64,000 nt of DNA from Phoronis australis (Eukaryota > Animalia > Phoronida). Shown here in pieces: positions 1-14,340 of the stretch (positions within the stretch are counted from its first letter, which is position 1; the number at the start of each line of letters is the position of its first letter). The DNA lies in assembly GCA_002633005.1 (NCBI GenBank), contig NMRA01000532.1, positions 228,193 through 292,192 of the forward strand. The letters are read 5' to 3'. The translations under genes and the position numbers were made by a program. The notes beneath the pieces are model-generated. The model saw only the letters and a program-made list of their open reading frames with translations, was not told the origin of the DNA and did not search any database.

Positions 1-870
1 TAAATGTGAAATGATGCATTTTGTGGGAAAATTTTGAAATGTCATGTCCCTGATTGCAAGTCCAAAGGCTTTCATTCAAGTAGTTTTTAGACTTTTAGAC
101 GCACGACCAGTTGTTATTTTTGTTGTGGTTTCTGAAATTCATTGATGATGACAGTGTCAAGTTATGCCACAGTTAATAAGTATTAGTCAATCAAAACCAT
201 TTCATGCAAATAATAATCGGTAAAGATGAATTATACATTTCCTGTTGATAAACTGACAATAAAAAATTTGGACATCAGCTGGGTGAAATAAAAATGCATT
301 TCCTGGGAGACATTCTTTATTCGAAGGAAAAGATTAATGTTAATGTTAGCATGCGTAATTTCAGGTGGATCTAGGGCACTAGGATATTCTAACGCCTCCT
401 TGTGCCCAAACACCTGTTCAGTACTTGAGGTGTCTGCCTTTCTCCACTGTGATCGATGATCAATCGTCAGTTTGGATGCTTACAGTCTCTAACTTATCTT
501 TTCTGACGAACTCCTTGTCAAATAGCAATTCATTTGTGATGAAAATCTTTTATGAATGGAAAGAGGAATTTTGATCCCAAAATTTATGATTTCAATCTCA
601 CAATTCCAATTTCACGGAATAATGACTTCAGTGGCTGCCGTTTTGACAGGATAGTTGAAAAAGCTTACGAGCATACCGTTTTGCAAAACGCTCACGTTTT
701 ATTCCCCCGATTTTGGGAGGTCTTGCGAGATCATGCTTTTCTCGCAAGAACCTTAATCTTCAGAATACTACCCAGTCTAATGTATAAATCAATCTAGATA
801 GCTAGTGGGAATACTTAAGGAGTGTAGAGCACCTTGGCCTGCTAATAAGGGCTACTTTCCCACCTTTTAG

Positions 871-2760
871 GAGAAGCTTGAGCATAAAATTGAAGATGCT
901 CTTCTTGGCACACAGAAGCGCATAGCTAAACTCGAAGAAGACCTTCTTAAGGAAAAGTCAAAGAGCCAGACTCAGAGTCAGGTAAGCAGTAAGCAGTCAA
1001 GCACATAAGGATTTGGTAGTTCTGTTCCTATGTAGAAATTGGTAGAAATAATGCTGTGTACTTTTCAAGCAAATTTATTTATTTATAATTATAATGTATA
1101 CTACGAGCGGTAACCCCATCAGCTTGCTAAGGGAACTTTTTGCAATGGAATGCAAAGCTGCCCGGATTCTGAGTTCCTCCATATTTAGCTGGTAAAAACT
1201 GGGAAAAATTCATGACCTAGGTGTGTTTTTTATTCATTTAAAGTTCTCAATGTTATCTCTGTCATAAAACTGTTGTTGCTGGTGAATTTGTTGTACTACA
1301 CTTACTGTCTGATATCACTGTCTGATATCACTGTCTGATATCACTGCCTGATATCACTGTCAGATATCACTGTCTGATATCACTGTCTGATATCACTGTC
1401 TGATATCACTGTCTGATATCACTGTCTGATATCACTGTCTGATATCACTGTCTGATATCACTGTCTGATTTCATTGTCTGATATCACTGTCTGCCAATTG
1501 AGGCAACATATCGTCTGATATCTATGAAGCTTTTGGGGACAGAACGGTTTGTGAAAGTAATCTTGTGTATTTCTTTAAATACTTCTGGGATTTGAAATTA
1601 CCTAGGAATGGTACTAAAAAGGCAAAAGTAATTGGACAAAATACTATTTTCCTGTAGTGGTGGCTAAAATGACTGGTTATAACTACGTTAGGGTGGGTAA
1701 ATTCTAATTACAGAATGGCGCCACTTTACCAACTTTTCCGATACTTCAGCTTCATTTCCAGCCATTATGATGGGGAATTCTGGGTAATTTTGTCTGAATA
1801 CTTTTGGTTTGTGCTATAGTTAGGAATGCCAAATCACCGTATTAAAAAACGATAGTTTGGGTTCCTCATCTAAAGGAAACAGTCACTTAAAGATGGAGTT
1901 ACATGGAACTTAAATTCTTTGACTTGTTTGTGAGGTTGATAAATTGGCATAGCCAAGGAACTCATTTCGATGTTTCTCAGTATTTATTAAAGTTGAAGTT
2001 TTTCTTGCGGTATTTAAAAACAAGTCTGCGGAAAATGTGTTTGTCTTACACCTTACCAAATCTACATGTTGAGAAAACCTGCATCCATCAATCTGAATAC
2101 AGGTTATATTTGATATGGAAGATTAAGTTTACTTCTGATTCCATAACTTCACCTGCTCTTTAATAAGAACACTTTACCAGGTCTTAAATTTTTGGCAGTT
2201 TATGTCTTGTTGGCTTGAGGTATTTTCTGCAAATTGAACTTGCATAAAAACACGTCTTAATTCCCAACTGTGTTGTATCTACACTCTTTAGCACAAAGTA
2301 GGTTTTAATAACTGTTTCACTTGTGAACTTGCAACCTTTTTTGATCACTACTTTTTTCTGAGATTTTAAGGAAAATTAAATGAGACGGAGTTCAGAAAAA
2401 AACAGCCAACTTATGTTTTAAGAAAAATATGGAGGCACACGTTAAATAGTCGCAAAACACAATTTGGTGAAACATACCCCCTATTGTTGCCCATAGGCGG
2501 ATTTGCTTTTCGTTGTGTGTGAGTGAAAGAGTTTTATATTCTAGGTCATGGAGTCTAAACTTCAACAGATGCTTGAAGTAATGATGAGACAAAAAGATGA
2601 CCATGTTGAACAGTTGAAGCGAGAGTGTCGCGAGGGATTCCTCACTGTCCACGAGAGTATCGGTAACATGAAGACCGTCCTGGACGGAAAACGCAAACTG
2701 CTGGAGGATCAACTTAGGAAGGAAATTGGGACAATCAGGAAGATGGTGGTACTGGTTTAG
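871..2760 (+). CDS. FAM81: FAM81-family coiled-coil protein, last two coding exons (871-981, 2545-2760); 5' part lies upstream of the window
   Basis: ttttag|GAGAAG...AGTCAG|gtaagc encodes EKLEHKIEDALLGTQKRIAKLEEDLLKEKSKSQTQSQ. It splices in phase 0 to ctag|GTC ATG...VVLV*. The C-terminus REGFLTVHESIGNMKTVLDGKRKLLEDQLRKEI resembles the vertebrate FAM81A C-terminus as I recall it ([31 protein letters not shown]). Confidence 0.72.
1304..1492. repeat. 13-bp minisatellite (ACTGTCTGATATC)n, about 14 copies, intronic
   Basis: Tandem array seen directly, with few substitutions. Confidence 0.95.
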
Positions 2761-3110
2761 TAGTATTTGGGTCGGCTGATAGAGGGCGGGTCTGTGTGCT
2801 CCTCTATGGGACAATCGGGAAGTTAATAGTACTGGTTTAGTAGTGTTTGGGTCAGCTGGTAGAGGGCGGGTCTGTGTGCTCCTCTGTGTAGACTTATGGA
2901 GGGCAAGTCTGTGTGCCCCTCTATGGGACAATTGGGAATATGATGATATCGATTTATTAGTGTTGATGTGGGCTGATAGAGGGTCTTCGGTCTGCTCTTT
3001 GGGACTCTTTGGGATGGTTCTCATTCAGTTGTGTTGGGGGTTAATCGATAGAGGGTGGGCCTGTCTGCTTCTCTTTGGGTCAATCAGGAACATATCAGTA
3101 TTGTTTCTAC
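2728..3110 (+). repeat. Degenerate ~80-bp tandem repeat spanning the FAM81-like stop codon and proximal 3' UTR
   Basis: The unit GGGACAATC.GGAAG...GTACTGGTTTAGTAGT.TTTGGGTC.GCTG.TAGAGGGCGGGTCTGTGTGCTCCTCT recurs at ~2728 and ~2808, with more decayed copies at ~2924, ~3000 and ~3077. Confidence 0.8.
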
Positions 3111-6100
3111 TGATGGGGGCATGTCTTTCTATTCCTTTGGGCTGGTGGCATTGGTGGGCTTGGGGATGGGTGACAGAAGATGGCCGTGTATGATAATCTG
3201 TGGGGGTTAATGAATGAAATCGGGTCAGTTAGGTACCTGTAGATAATGGCACGTGTCTATTGGTGTTGTTGGCTGGCAGAGGGCGTGTCTGTCTGCTCTT
3301 TTGAATGAATTATGAAGAAGAATCACTAAACTTTCATAAACAGAGCATAGTGTGAAATTTTGTTTCATACTGGCACCAGCGATGTCTGCAGCATACGGGC
3401 AAGCTGTTGTTAACTAAGGACATCAATGAATGTTACTAGGTAACCGTAAGCTACATGGATATTGATGCATTTGTACAGAATTTAAGTTCATGGTAATAAT
3501 CTTAAGGTAAATTTACAATGGAAAAGCTCTGTTTATGATGCCAAACTATTCTGTACCATGTAAACCTGAGTAGAGACATGTTGAAACTCATGTCAGACTA
3601 GGTATTAAATGTGTGACGAAGTTGTCGTCTTTTCAAAAAAGTTAGGCTGTCGAAATACATTGCCAAGATTTGTCCAGGGATGAATGGATGAATGGCCAAC
3701 TATCAGCTGAACTAAGGTTCAGAGTGGAAACAGATTGCCCAGTCCCTATTGTGTCCATTCAACAGGAAACTGGTCAGACAAAAGGATATGTGGTCACTGA
3801 GAGTCATATATGAACAAGAGTATCTAACTGGCCACTACTGTATTGGTCTGACAACATGAGTTTGCTTGGAGTTTATCAACTGTAAAACTTGAAGGGTTCT
3901 TTGTTAAGTTGTTAATTGCTGGCAAATAGCTCTCAATGACAGATCTTGGCTGTGTGGGAGACACTAGCCGTTCACAGAGGACTTGGATGTCCTGTTGTTG
4001 ATAGACTAGCAACCACTTTAAATTTGTCTTTCCACGCTTGTTTCTGCACTACACAGCTCTCTGTCCACGTGAATACTCAGCTTGTATTGGTGTCTATTCA
4101 CACTTCCAACTCCTGCATTTCTCACATCTTACTCACAGAATGCCAAGCACCATTTTGGTGACTTCATTCAAACTTTTTTTCACGGTGTTACTAACTGCAC
4201 TATTGGAAGCTGCTCTGAGAGATAAAACAATTCTCAGCTGATGTCCAGAAACCCAGATTAACTTCCTAGGTTGTTATTAATAAACCTGGCTGATTTTACA
4301 AATTTGTAACAAATTTTCATGGACACTCTCAACGTTTGAGGATTGGCGAGGGTTTCAAAGGACTGATTGCGTTCAAAGATTTATGTGACCCAGTCATGTT
4401 CAATATGTTGTTGACAGGCTTACATGGTGTTTAGTGTCCTCTATTTTTGTTCACTTGCAATCTAAATTTGCACATCACTTCAATAGTCTGAAGCCATTCT
4501 GATTGGCTGCAAACCTATGTATATTCGAATAAAATCTCTTTCACCAAAAATTCCTTTGACCCGAAGGTCTTTTGTCAAGTGGAATGACCAGTCTGTGCAC
4601 TACTGACTTGAACCCATAGTTGGCTCCCCTACTCTCACTCTGCCCAGTCTTTGCTTTTTCAGCTGACCTATTATGCCAGCCCTGAGTGATGCCTTGTCCC
4701 ATTTCTTTCGCAGAAATCTGGCTTCTGTACTTTCGCACCAGTCTTCAGGAAGCCTCAACCCAGGAGGTTTAGACTAGCAGATAAAGCCATTTCACAAGTA
4801 TAACTTGGTTATCTCAGGAAATAACAATAAAATTCAACATACCCTAGTTTGTCTTCTTCGTTCTTCTACATTAACCATTTCTGGTTGTCTTCTTCTGGTG
4901 TCAGCCTGCCTCCATTGCCGAGATTTGTCCTGAGATGAGTTGCCACAGATGGTCAGTGTCTAATTGGTAATATGGGTAACTGATATACTATAGTGAAGAC
5001 AGACTGCCAAGTCTACAATGTTCTCATTCAACTGGCAATTTTTGAACTTAGACAATAAACTCTAACTGGAACTCGACTTGCCTGATGGGTGGTTAGAGTA
5101 GCCATTTTGTATATTATGTTCAACCAGCTGTTGATCCATTAAGTTCTAAGTGAACAGTTATTGGCAAATATCTTTTGGTCAAACCTTGGCTATGACACCA
5201 TGTACTGCTTCCTTTCCCAGCTTCCCTCCTCGTTAAGTTTTTACATTTTATTCTAAGTGGTGTGTCTGAATAGTCTCGTTTTTTAATTATAGAATTGCTA
5301 TTTATGTTCAACTATGTCAGGGTATCGTTACAATTATGCTATAGTAAAATAACACTGTGACATCAGGGACTTTTGTCCTGCGGGTATTGTCATTTTTATA
5401 GTCATAGCAAGGTGTCGTCATGTTTCATTCCATGAGTACTTTTTGTGTGAAGTACAGTACATGTAGTTGAGTACTGGTGCTATGTGCTTGTTTGTTTTTG
5501 GTAATTAGGAATATTGGGCCAAATTTCGAACATATACATTCTAAAATTATTTTGTAAAGTTTCTACGTCTTTTGGAAAAATGTAAACTAGATTTCCAAAG
5601 TAAGTTTGTGATAAGTTATTCATAGGAATTGGTAGATGGTTGCGATGGTTGCATGCCGAAATGTTTGCAAATTGAAAAAAATCACCGATAAAGGTATATT
5701 GGAGGCTTCACTTTAAATTAAAAGTTTACTACCATGTGAACACCAGTGTCCATGTATTTGCAATGTGTTACAGACAGATTTAACAAGAATTGATATTTTG
5801 ACTTACCTTAGTGCTAACCAAAACCACTTCACTAACGTGCAAACTAAACATATAAAATATCAAGTGAGTGTAACTAATATTAATTCATACCAGGAGTTAC
5901 AACCTGGTCTTAAGATAAGATAGTTATAGTCGCATTTTTATTTTTATAATTAGCGTAATACACTTTTGCACAACGTTCATCTCATTTTACTTCGCAGTGC
6001 AAAATGTATCCCGGCACACGGGTATGACACATATAGTCCTTTTACTTTACACTGAAATTGGGTCTAAGACGCTATTGCACCAGGTGCAAGTAGCCGTGAA

Positions 6101-6796
6101 AACGCAGCGGTAACAAATCGAACATTCCGAAGCAATTTGAACCCAATTTCATTATGAGTTAACCGTGGTTAGCTGTGAATCTTGAGGATGTCGCGACTCA
6201 TGCCATACATTTATGACCAGTACACATTGTACGTCTTCCATGAGATAAAATGGATTGCTTCTGTTCGTCCATGTATTCTACATCATGACATGTTTGTAAG
6301 TGTCTGTTCAAGCTTACATACTCGATTATTATTAGCCTGTGTTCAAGGCGAGTCAGTTTACGCCACTTCGTTGCTGTGATCGCTGTTTGTAATAAACTTT
6401 AAATCATTTCTCTTTTTTTGCTTTTGCACATGCAATTTAGGAGTTCCAGTTAAAGTTGGTGGACCCGAGTTCGACGAAAAAGTCTGTGAAAATTCAAGTT
6501 AAACCGAAAACAAATCATGATCTTTGAACTATTCTTGCATTCCTTTACAATTAGTACCGAACGCTTGTCTCCGAAAAAATGCGAAACAACTGTCAATCAA
6601 AAGCCAGTGACCTCCTCTTGTAACTTCACTGACCGCGTGCATTCATTCTTTTCGACAACCGCTAACATAGCCCCGCTTATGATCTAGAGAGCGGTGTTGG
6701 ATGCATCTGTGTCGTCACGAAAAAGAGGGGTGCGTCTATTGGGACCGAGTCAAGTAGGAGAATTGATTCAAACAAAGGGAGCGTTTTGCAGGAAAA

Positions 6797-6950
6797 AGGC
6801 AGACCAAGGGTATGATAAGATGCTGCGTCTGCAGTCAATGCCGTCAACGGGTTCAAACGAACAGACGACTTGCCAAGTTCTTTATTGAATCGACAAGTTC
6901 ACCAGTTTAAAACAATGCTCACGTTGCCAGTCGGTCGTAGATATCGAAAA
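6797..6950 (+). repeat. Dispersed ~155-bp repeat, copy 1 (copy 2 at ~8707-8868)
   Basis: AGGCAGACCAAGG.TATGAT.AGATGCTGCGT.TGCAGTCA...AACGGGTTCAAA.GAACAGA.GACTTGCC...CGTAGAT.TCGA.AAC is present at both sites. Confidence 0.75.
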
Positions 6951-8706
6951 CGCATCATTTTCCGCCTCCTTTAGCTTGGCCTTAGTCTGTCATTTCCTGG
7001 GGCGCTTAAGTTGTTCGTGTTCCCAATATCGGTGCCTAAGGTGCTCGACCTTGTCTGCTACAGCATGAGTGATGGCTATGTGCATGCGTACTGTACGATC
7101 ATCAGGGGAGAGCAGAAATGTGGGTTCTTAAGGAAGTTGGATATTTAGCTTAGTTCAAGCGTTAGAACTCAACATGCAATACTGCATTTATTAATGTTCG
7201 GCGCATTCCGGGAAATACAGGTCATGTGGAACTCTTCATAACGACTGTTCTTTGGATATCAGACCGCCTACTTCTGCGAAAGTTAAGTCTGTGTAATAAA
7301 AATAGACGTCGTGTTGATTGAACACTTCCAAAAGTTTATGAAGAATCGTAACGTTGGTCTAATAATATTCCTTACAGTGATAGGGTTTCTACGTACTTTA
7401 ACGGTTACCAACCAGAGCATCGAAACCATGAGTGACTCAAGAAAACGCCTGCTTCAGGGTTTATTGGGCTAGGCCAACCTTGATTGAATTCGAAATAAAA
7501 ATGGCGCACTCAAGTGATGAATTTGACTTGAGTTGCCGGCTCAAACGGTGCAATTCAAAATCGAATGATCGAGTGGTACGTAATTCGTTCAAACCACAAT
7601 GCCCTTTGTTAAGATTTGAACATCTCTCATGAGCTGCAGTGTGTTACGACACGACTGGTAAATAACACCGAGTACGTAATTTTTTGATATTACATGGACA
7701 AGCCTCGGGATTTTGACGAAATTTCCAATAGGTTTTGCCAATGTCATAAACCTGAGACTCGTGTAGGATTCTCTATTGACAGCTTAAAGCAGCGAAGTGT
7801 AGGTTTAACTCGTTAAGTAACAGGTCGTGATTTCAGCAAATGACTGGCAGACAACTGCGAACATGGGCAATTTGTAATAAAATGATAACAAAAATACCAA
7901 TGGATTTCGTTGTTTAGCTCAGTCAAACATCAACTCTGATAACTTCATGAAGCCTATCCCATGCAACAATAATTCCAAAATGCGTTTCTCTTCCGTGACC
8001 CCGGCGATAAATATCTTTTGACTAAACAATCCTACTTTCTCAGCTTGAGGGCATTTATGATTTGTTAACTTAGATGACACACATGTACTTAAAAATGTAA
8101 CCTTCAAAAACAGAAATTGGCAATTTAATTACCTGCGTAACCATGTTTCGTCCCCCTCTTCCGGTACTCCTCACACATGTCGCCGATTTTGTTCTATAAC
8201 TACTTTTGTATATTTGCTGTACGCACGCGCCTATAATATACAGGGAAGAAGATGTGACAGTGAAGCGTTTTCGATGGTACAGTGCGTCAATAGTGGAACA
8301 CCATTCACCATTGGGCAGAGTCTAACCCATAGAAATTTTGGCGCGAACAACACGGTCCGTCAACAGCAGGAGGACCATTCACGATAGAAATGGGCTAAAT
8401 TAAAATTAACAGTTAGTCGATTTACCATCGATATTAATTCGCAATTGGAAAAAAATGTTTGTTCTTTGTAAATAGACGAAATGAACCCGGCCCGACAACG
8501 AACAGTGGGGAAACTAGATCACTTCACCTGCCGACCTACATACATGTAGGCCTACATAAAAGAGGACTCAGAAGGTAGGGCTAGGGTCAAATATTTCAAC
8601 TTTATTTGTCATAACGACAGTTACAAAACGTACGATACATCTGTGTGGTCTCGACAAAGAGGAGACCCTCTACTGAGACCGAGTCGAGAAGGGTTGATTT
8701 AAACTA

Positions 8707-8868
8707 AGGCAGACCAAGGATATGATTAGATGCTGCGTTTGCAGTCATTGCGGGATAACTAAACTGAACGGGTTCAAATGAACAGAGGACTTGCCGTTTT
8801 TTATTGAATCGATAAGTTTCCCAGTAAAACAATGGTCACGTTACCAAACGATCGTAGATGTCGACAAC
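8707..8868 (+). repeat. Dispersed ~160-bp repeat, copy 2
   Basis: Aligns by eye with 6797-6950. Confidence 0.75.
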
Positions 8869-9726
8869 TATCGTTTTCCACGGGAAACTAGGTCGCAAGA
8901 TCGTCGCATAGATATCCATGCGACCTGTATTTTTATGTCCAACAAATTAAAGAATACAATGGAAGTATCCCAAAGGCTATAACTATGCTTACGCCCGTCG
9001 CATGGATCTCGCAAATTCAACAATACCTTGCGAACTCCCCACGACGTCATTTGGCATAGGATAAAGGGTCAAATACTGTATATGAACCTTTCACTGTCAC
9101 GGTGACAGTTATAAAACGTATTAATCCATAGACACACGTGTCTCGGTAAAGTACGATTGATCGCATCTTCAAGTTCATTCTTCCTATACTTGGAATCTTA
9201 GGTGCTTTCATTTCTAAGCTTAGAAGGCCTGATGCCATGCGGAAAGAAATCAGAAAAAACAGCACACCATTTTTTACCTGAGCGTTTTTACAAAACTGGT
9301 TGAATGTTTTATTTTTGAACGTTACCACCAATTAAGCTTTTTGAGTTCCATGCGATCTCATACCCGCCATCTAGCTCGTCTCGATATCATTGAAATGAAT
9401 ATTGTCTACCACACTTTAAACTACAAGAATAATTCTGATTTTCCTGGCTACAACGGTAACGATTTGATTTGCAAAATGTTAAGAAAAACCAAGCCCACAC
9501 AAACTGTTTTTACCCATTAGAAGTATGTTGATTTTTGTAAAATCCGTGTCTGTGAAATTAACAGATCAGCGCTGCACACCCCATCTAGTGTTCAAGGGAC
9601 GAACCAACCAGTGGCGTCAACGAATTGCCACAAATGGGCTCGTGAACATCAACAGCATTCATGAAATGCAAAATGCAGCTGGCTCGCGACTTAGTCAAAT
9701 TCGGTTTAAACACCGGGTGATGAAAC

Positions 9727-12700
9727 ATGTGGTATGATGTCAGCCGGCATGAGGTAATCAAAGGTAAGTAAACTTAGACCTAGGAGTATGATCACATGGA
9801 AACTTCGAAAGCGGTGTTGATAAATATAATGAAGTCGTTGGTTTATTGATAAACTTTTCTGCGGTTACACGTGATCCACTGGGAACTGTCACTGCGAGGT
9901 CTCGTTTGTTTAAAAGGATGCTAAATCCTGTTTTGATAATTTCACAAAGTTGGTTCTGTTAACTGTTTACATAGGTGAATGATCCATCCCCGACCAATAA
10001 CAGTCAGATGCAAATACGGTTCTACACTGTTTCACAATGCTACAGAAGGTAGCACTGTGAGTGTTGTTTAACATGGCTTCTCATTGGTTAAAGTAATAAA
10101 ACCGACGTCATAACATTCAATCATTCTCATTGGTTGAAATCTGGGAAACCCATTTTAGTTTACTGTTACGTCATATGGCGACCACGTTTCAACTTTAATA
10201 GTTGCACATTTATTAAAACGGGAAGTTCTCGAAGTAAACAAAATCAAGGGAACCCCGATCCCGTGGCTAAGCCCAAACAAGTACAATGCATTGAAGGCGT
10301 GTGCAAGTGGTGGCGATGTGATTGATAATCATCCGACCAAGCATGTGCATTGATACCAACATACGGAATTTCCGTACCGTTCATCATGTTTCCACAGGGC
10401 CACTTTTCAGTATAGGTGGCGCTGTGTCAGGGGATAATACGGCTCTTCCTCCAAGTATTCCATAAAGTGGATCACATACGTGGTTATTGGTCGACAGTCG
10501 TTCCCACAGTAGTGGCGCGACTCGATCAACACGTTACTAACGCTTGCTTTTATACGAAACTGACCTTGTAAGCAGGTTTCAAACTTATTCAATCTTTTAT
10601 CGGTTGAAGAGTTTTTCGTAGGATTCTGTCATTTGAAATATTTAGGTAGGTAAATTACAAATCATACAGTAGTTATTGTCTGCTAATATAAGCTAAAAGC
10701 CTGCTCGAGCATCTTTTACTTAGAGCGACCGATCTTCCGTCAGGAAAAAAACAACTTTTGATTTAGATCACTTACAGGTAGGGTTGCGAAACTGCCTTCA
10801 AAAACGTTCCTTAGCCAACTTTGGAGATGGTCTCAGGCCCTCGAACCAACTCATCGTTTGTTATTGGCTGAGACCTAACTTTGTAGGCTGACGAATTGTC
10901 ACAGAGAGTCGTTTTATGCACCCAGCACGATCTCGAGGAAAGGAGATGTCAATTCTTTGCAAACGCGGTAATCACAGCTGCTCAAGGAACACGCCGAGTC
11001 AAAAGTCTAGTGGCAAGTGGTCCAAGACAAAAGTTTGCTTTGGCGAAACATTGGTTCATAACAATTTAAGGGTTGGTCAACCTCAGTAAATGTTTTCTTC
11101 AGTGATTCGCTGAAGACTTAGATGCACTTACCAGTCACGGTACCGGATGTTATGAAACCGATTTTATGAGACCAAAAATCCTAATTCTGTTTCCGAAATA
11201 CACCCTTAAAATGACGCCAGATCAGACGTTGACCTATTGACCTACTGACTTATAAATAGACATTAAAAATGTCTTTCCTATCCACTTCTCTGAAACAAAA
11301 TAATGACATGCAACCCTCGGCAACCCTCAAAAGTTTGGCACAAAGTTGAAAACTCCTTTCAAAGTATGCTAAAACGGACAAGCGTGACCTACGCGTTAGT
11401 TGAACTACACGAGAACTGTGTCGTAGAAAGGTACTATTCTTTGCCCATCGTTGACGCCACTTACATCGACTTACTCCAGTATCATCATAAATTTCACAAT
11501 TTTACCTTCAATGACGGCCATCTTCGTACTATTGCGATCGCTATCCGGGCCTATGTTTCATCCCTCATACTGCACCAAGGAAACGTGTCTATGTATTGGC
11601 TATGTTTTTACCAGGACCCCAATCGCCAGCGCTGTTACGTTTGTTCATATGCTGTGTTAACTCCAGAACATAGTCACCCGTCTAAGTGGCTTATTTAAAG
11701 CTTTATTTTGCCAGGTTTGACCAACCAAAAACGAGATTTGATTCCATTATACCATAGACCAATTTGATCAGCCTTGTTCGGCCTAATTCCAATTTCGCTG
11801 ACTTTACGCAGCTAAACGGGGTGAAATGCGGGGCAATTTACCCCAATGTCAAATCACCAATGGTCTGTTAACATTTTACAGGTAAATCTACGGCAACTTT
11901 ACTTTTATTGCTTCTCACACGTTTCCTGAAAGGTATGTTTCAAGTAGAGTTTTAATTACATATGTATGAAAAGTGTCGTGCATTTAACAAATTCTGTATA
12001 ACACATGTATTTACAACATTTAACGATGCAACTAAACCCGTGTTGTCTGTAAAAACAAATTTTGATTTAGTCTATTTGCTCTTGTGAAATTGGTCTCAAC
12101 TTGCGCCTTATTCAAATTCGTGGGGATTTCACGAATTTGCCGTGACCTGAAGTTTGATGAGCTTAGTCGTCAGAAATTATTGGCTCCAGTTCTTGCTGAG
12201 GCCAGAGGTCATTTTTAAACTCAAAAAGGGAACAAGACAAGACCACTTTATAACGACAAATGGACTGTTTTTTCACAGAATATTTGTATTTAATTGTTAA
12301 ATGCAGTGGCAGATTTAGGGGGGGGGGGCATGGCAGATTCCATTTGGCATTTTGGATTGCGAATTGGTGACTGGCATATGCGCGCACCTAGGCGGGCTCG
12401 TGGGCGAATGCACAATGCATAGCCTTGAACAAACCCCAGTTTACTTTTTTTCTTTTTTTTAGTCAGAAGGTACACAAACACAAAATTTCAAGACCCCTGC
12501 ATCCCTACATTTTAGGCTGGGTGCGCATGTGGTGTAATTCTGGTTATTCCTGTGCCATAGCCCCCCTACCTAACTCAAAATCCTGGATCTGCCCCTGAAA
12601 TGGACCTTAAAGTAATTTACTCCACTTTTAGACAGGTGTCGCCATACTTCATCTCTGTTTCGCATAATAACATCCAACGAGACAACTATTGCCCTTTGGG

Positions 12701-14283
12701 CAAATATTAACGAAGTGCAGTATTATCTCCTCAACACCGCACAAAAGAAATTACCTAAATTCCATTTTTTTACTTTTCAAAAGGTGGTTCTATTTAAATT
12801 CTCAAAACATTAGGTTACATTACTTTGTCCATGACACCTGTACAGTCAACACATGTAAAGCATATAACACTTGGACATTTTTAATGTTTATTTTCTGTTG
12901 ATACGTGTAAATTAAAATGAAAATGAACTACTGTTTGTCTGTCATCTTCTCTGGTGATGAATTGAAGTTAATGCATCAGAGCGGTCAACTCCTACAGGGA
13001 GCCAGATTTATTTAAACACAACCTGTTCTGACGACACCAAGTTTATTGAAGACGTGACGACTCATTGCGCGTGCGTGTATAATGGACACCAAGTCCGATG
13101 GGTTTTAGGTGGAATCGAGGCTAACGCAACAGGGAGATCGCCACTGGTGGTTACCGTCAAACCAAAGCGACAGCACCATCTATCGACTGGAATGTGTATT
13201 GACGATGAATCTGGTCGGAATAAATCCTTCGCCATGAATGTGGAATGTAAGTTGAACTACACAATCGATCAAGTAAGTGTGGAGTTGGTGACTTTACAGA
13301 TACCCGGTGGCCTACCGCTATTCAAATCTTAATATAAAACATACTATGACGGCAACTAATGTAGACAGACTGAGCACGAAGAGAACATTATTGTAAAACC
13401 GTACGTCTGTTTCCTGGTATTCAAGTAACATATATTGATCCACAGCCCATTCCTTACAAAAGTCAGTCTATCGTCTGCCGCAAAATTGATTTAGCTTCTG
13501 TTATGTAGACTACGGTAAGAAGTTTGGATCATTTTCTTCAACAGACGCACCATCAGCGGTGTCAGTCACCTGCGCGCAAAAACGTCCGTGGCGAAATGGA
13601 ACCCGAATCACGTGCACGTGTTCGTCAGAAGGCGGTAATCCGCAACCATCAAGACTCGTGATGTACAGTCGACTTCTGGCCGTACAAGGTCTGTCTCCGC
13701 TGCTTATGAAATTGGTGGCTACAAGTATACTCAATGGCAACAACATTACATGCATAAGTATCGTCGGAGGAAGGGAAACGGTCGTTAAGACTGATTATCG
13801 AATGAAAATCGCGTGTGAGTACTCCGATTAATTCGGTTGGAGTGTGAAAGGAATACGACGAGAAAAGATAAGTGAGATCCTAACGGACATAGAATACAAA
13901 GTATAAAATGCAACATACTGACGCGTTGTCAAGGTCAATCGCTCAAAACATGATTGATTGATTGATTGAACACTTCAACAAAATTTAGAAAAAGTCAAAT
14001 AGGAAATTTTGAAAGACCATAATTTAAATAGTATTTTTTCACGGAGCACTGGCAGTGGTAAAGTTGAGCATGTGGACATATGATACACGTGATCAAAGAT
14101 TCACTCTGATACCGACGGGTATGCCTGTGTGCATATTGTCAACTAAAAATTTCACCTATATTAAATGATATCTCAATAATATTGTATATATTATATTGTG
14201 AAACGTGATATTACTGAACTCATAAACGTAAAAACAATAACAAAAACAACAATTACAACTGTAAAAATAATAGTAACTGCAGT

Positions 14284-14340
<57 letters not shown>

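Noticed and set aside
1304-1492. Regular repeat array that could suggest CRISPR
   Set aside because: The units are contiguous with no spacers, there are no cas genes, and it sits in a eukaryotic intron.
2392-3193. 210-aa (-) and 116-aa (+) ORFs
   Set aside because: By-products of the 80-bp repeat and of antisense to the FAM81-like exon.
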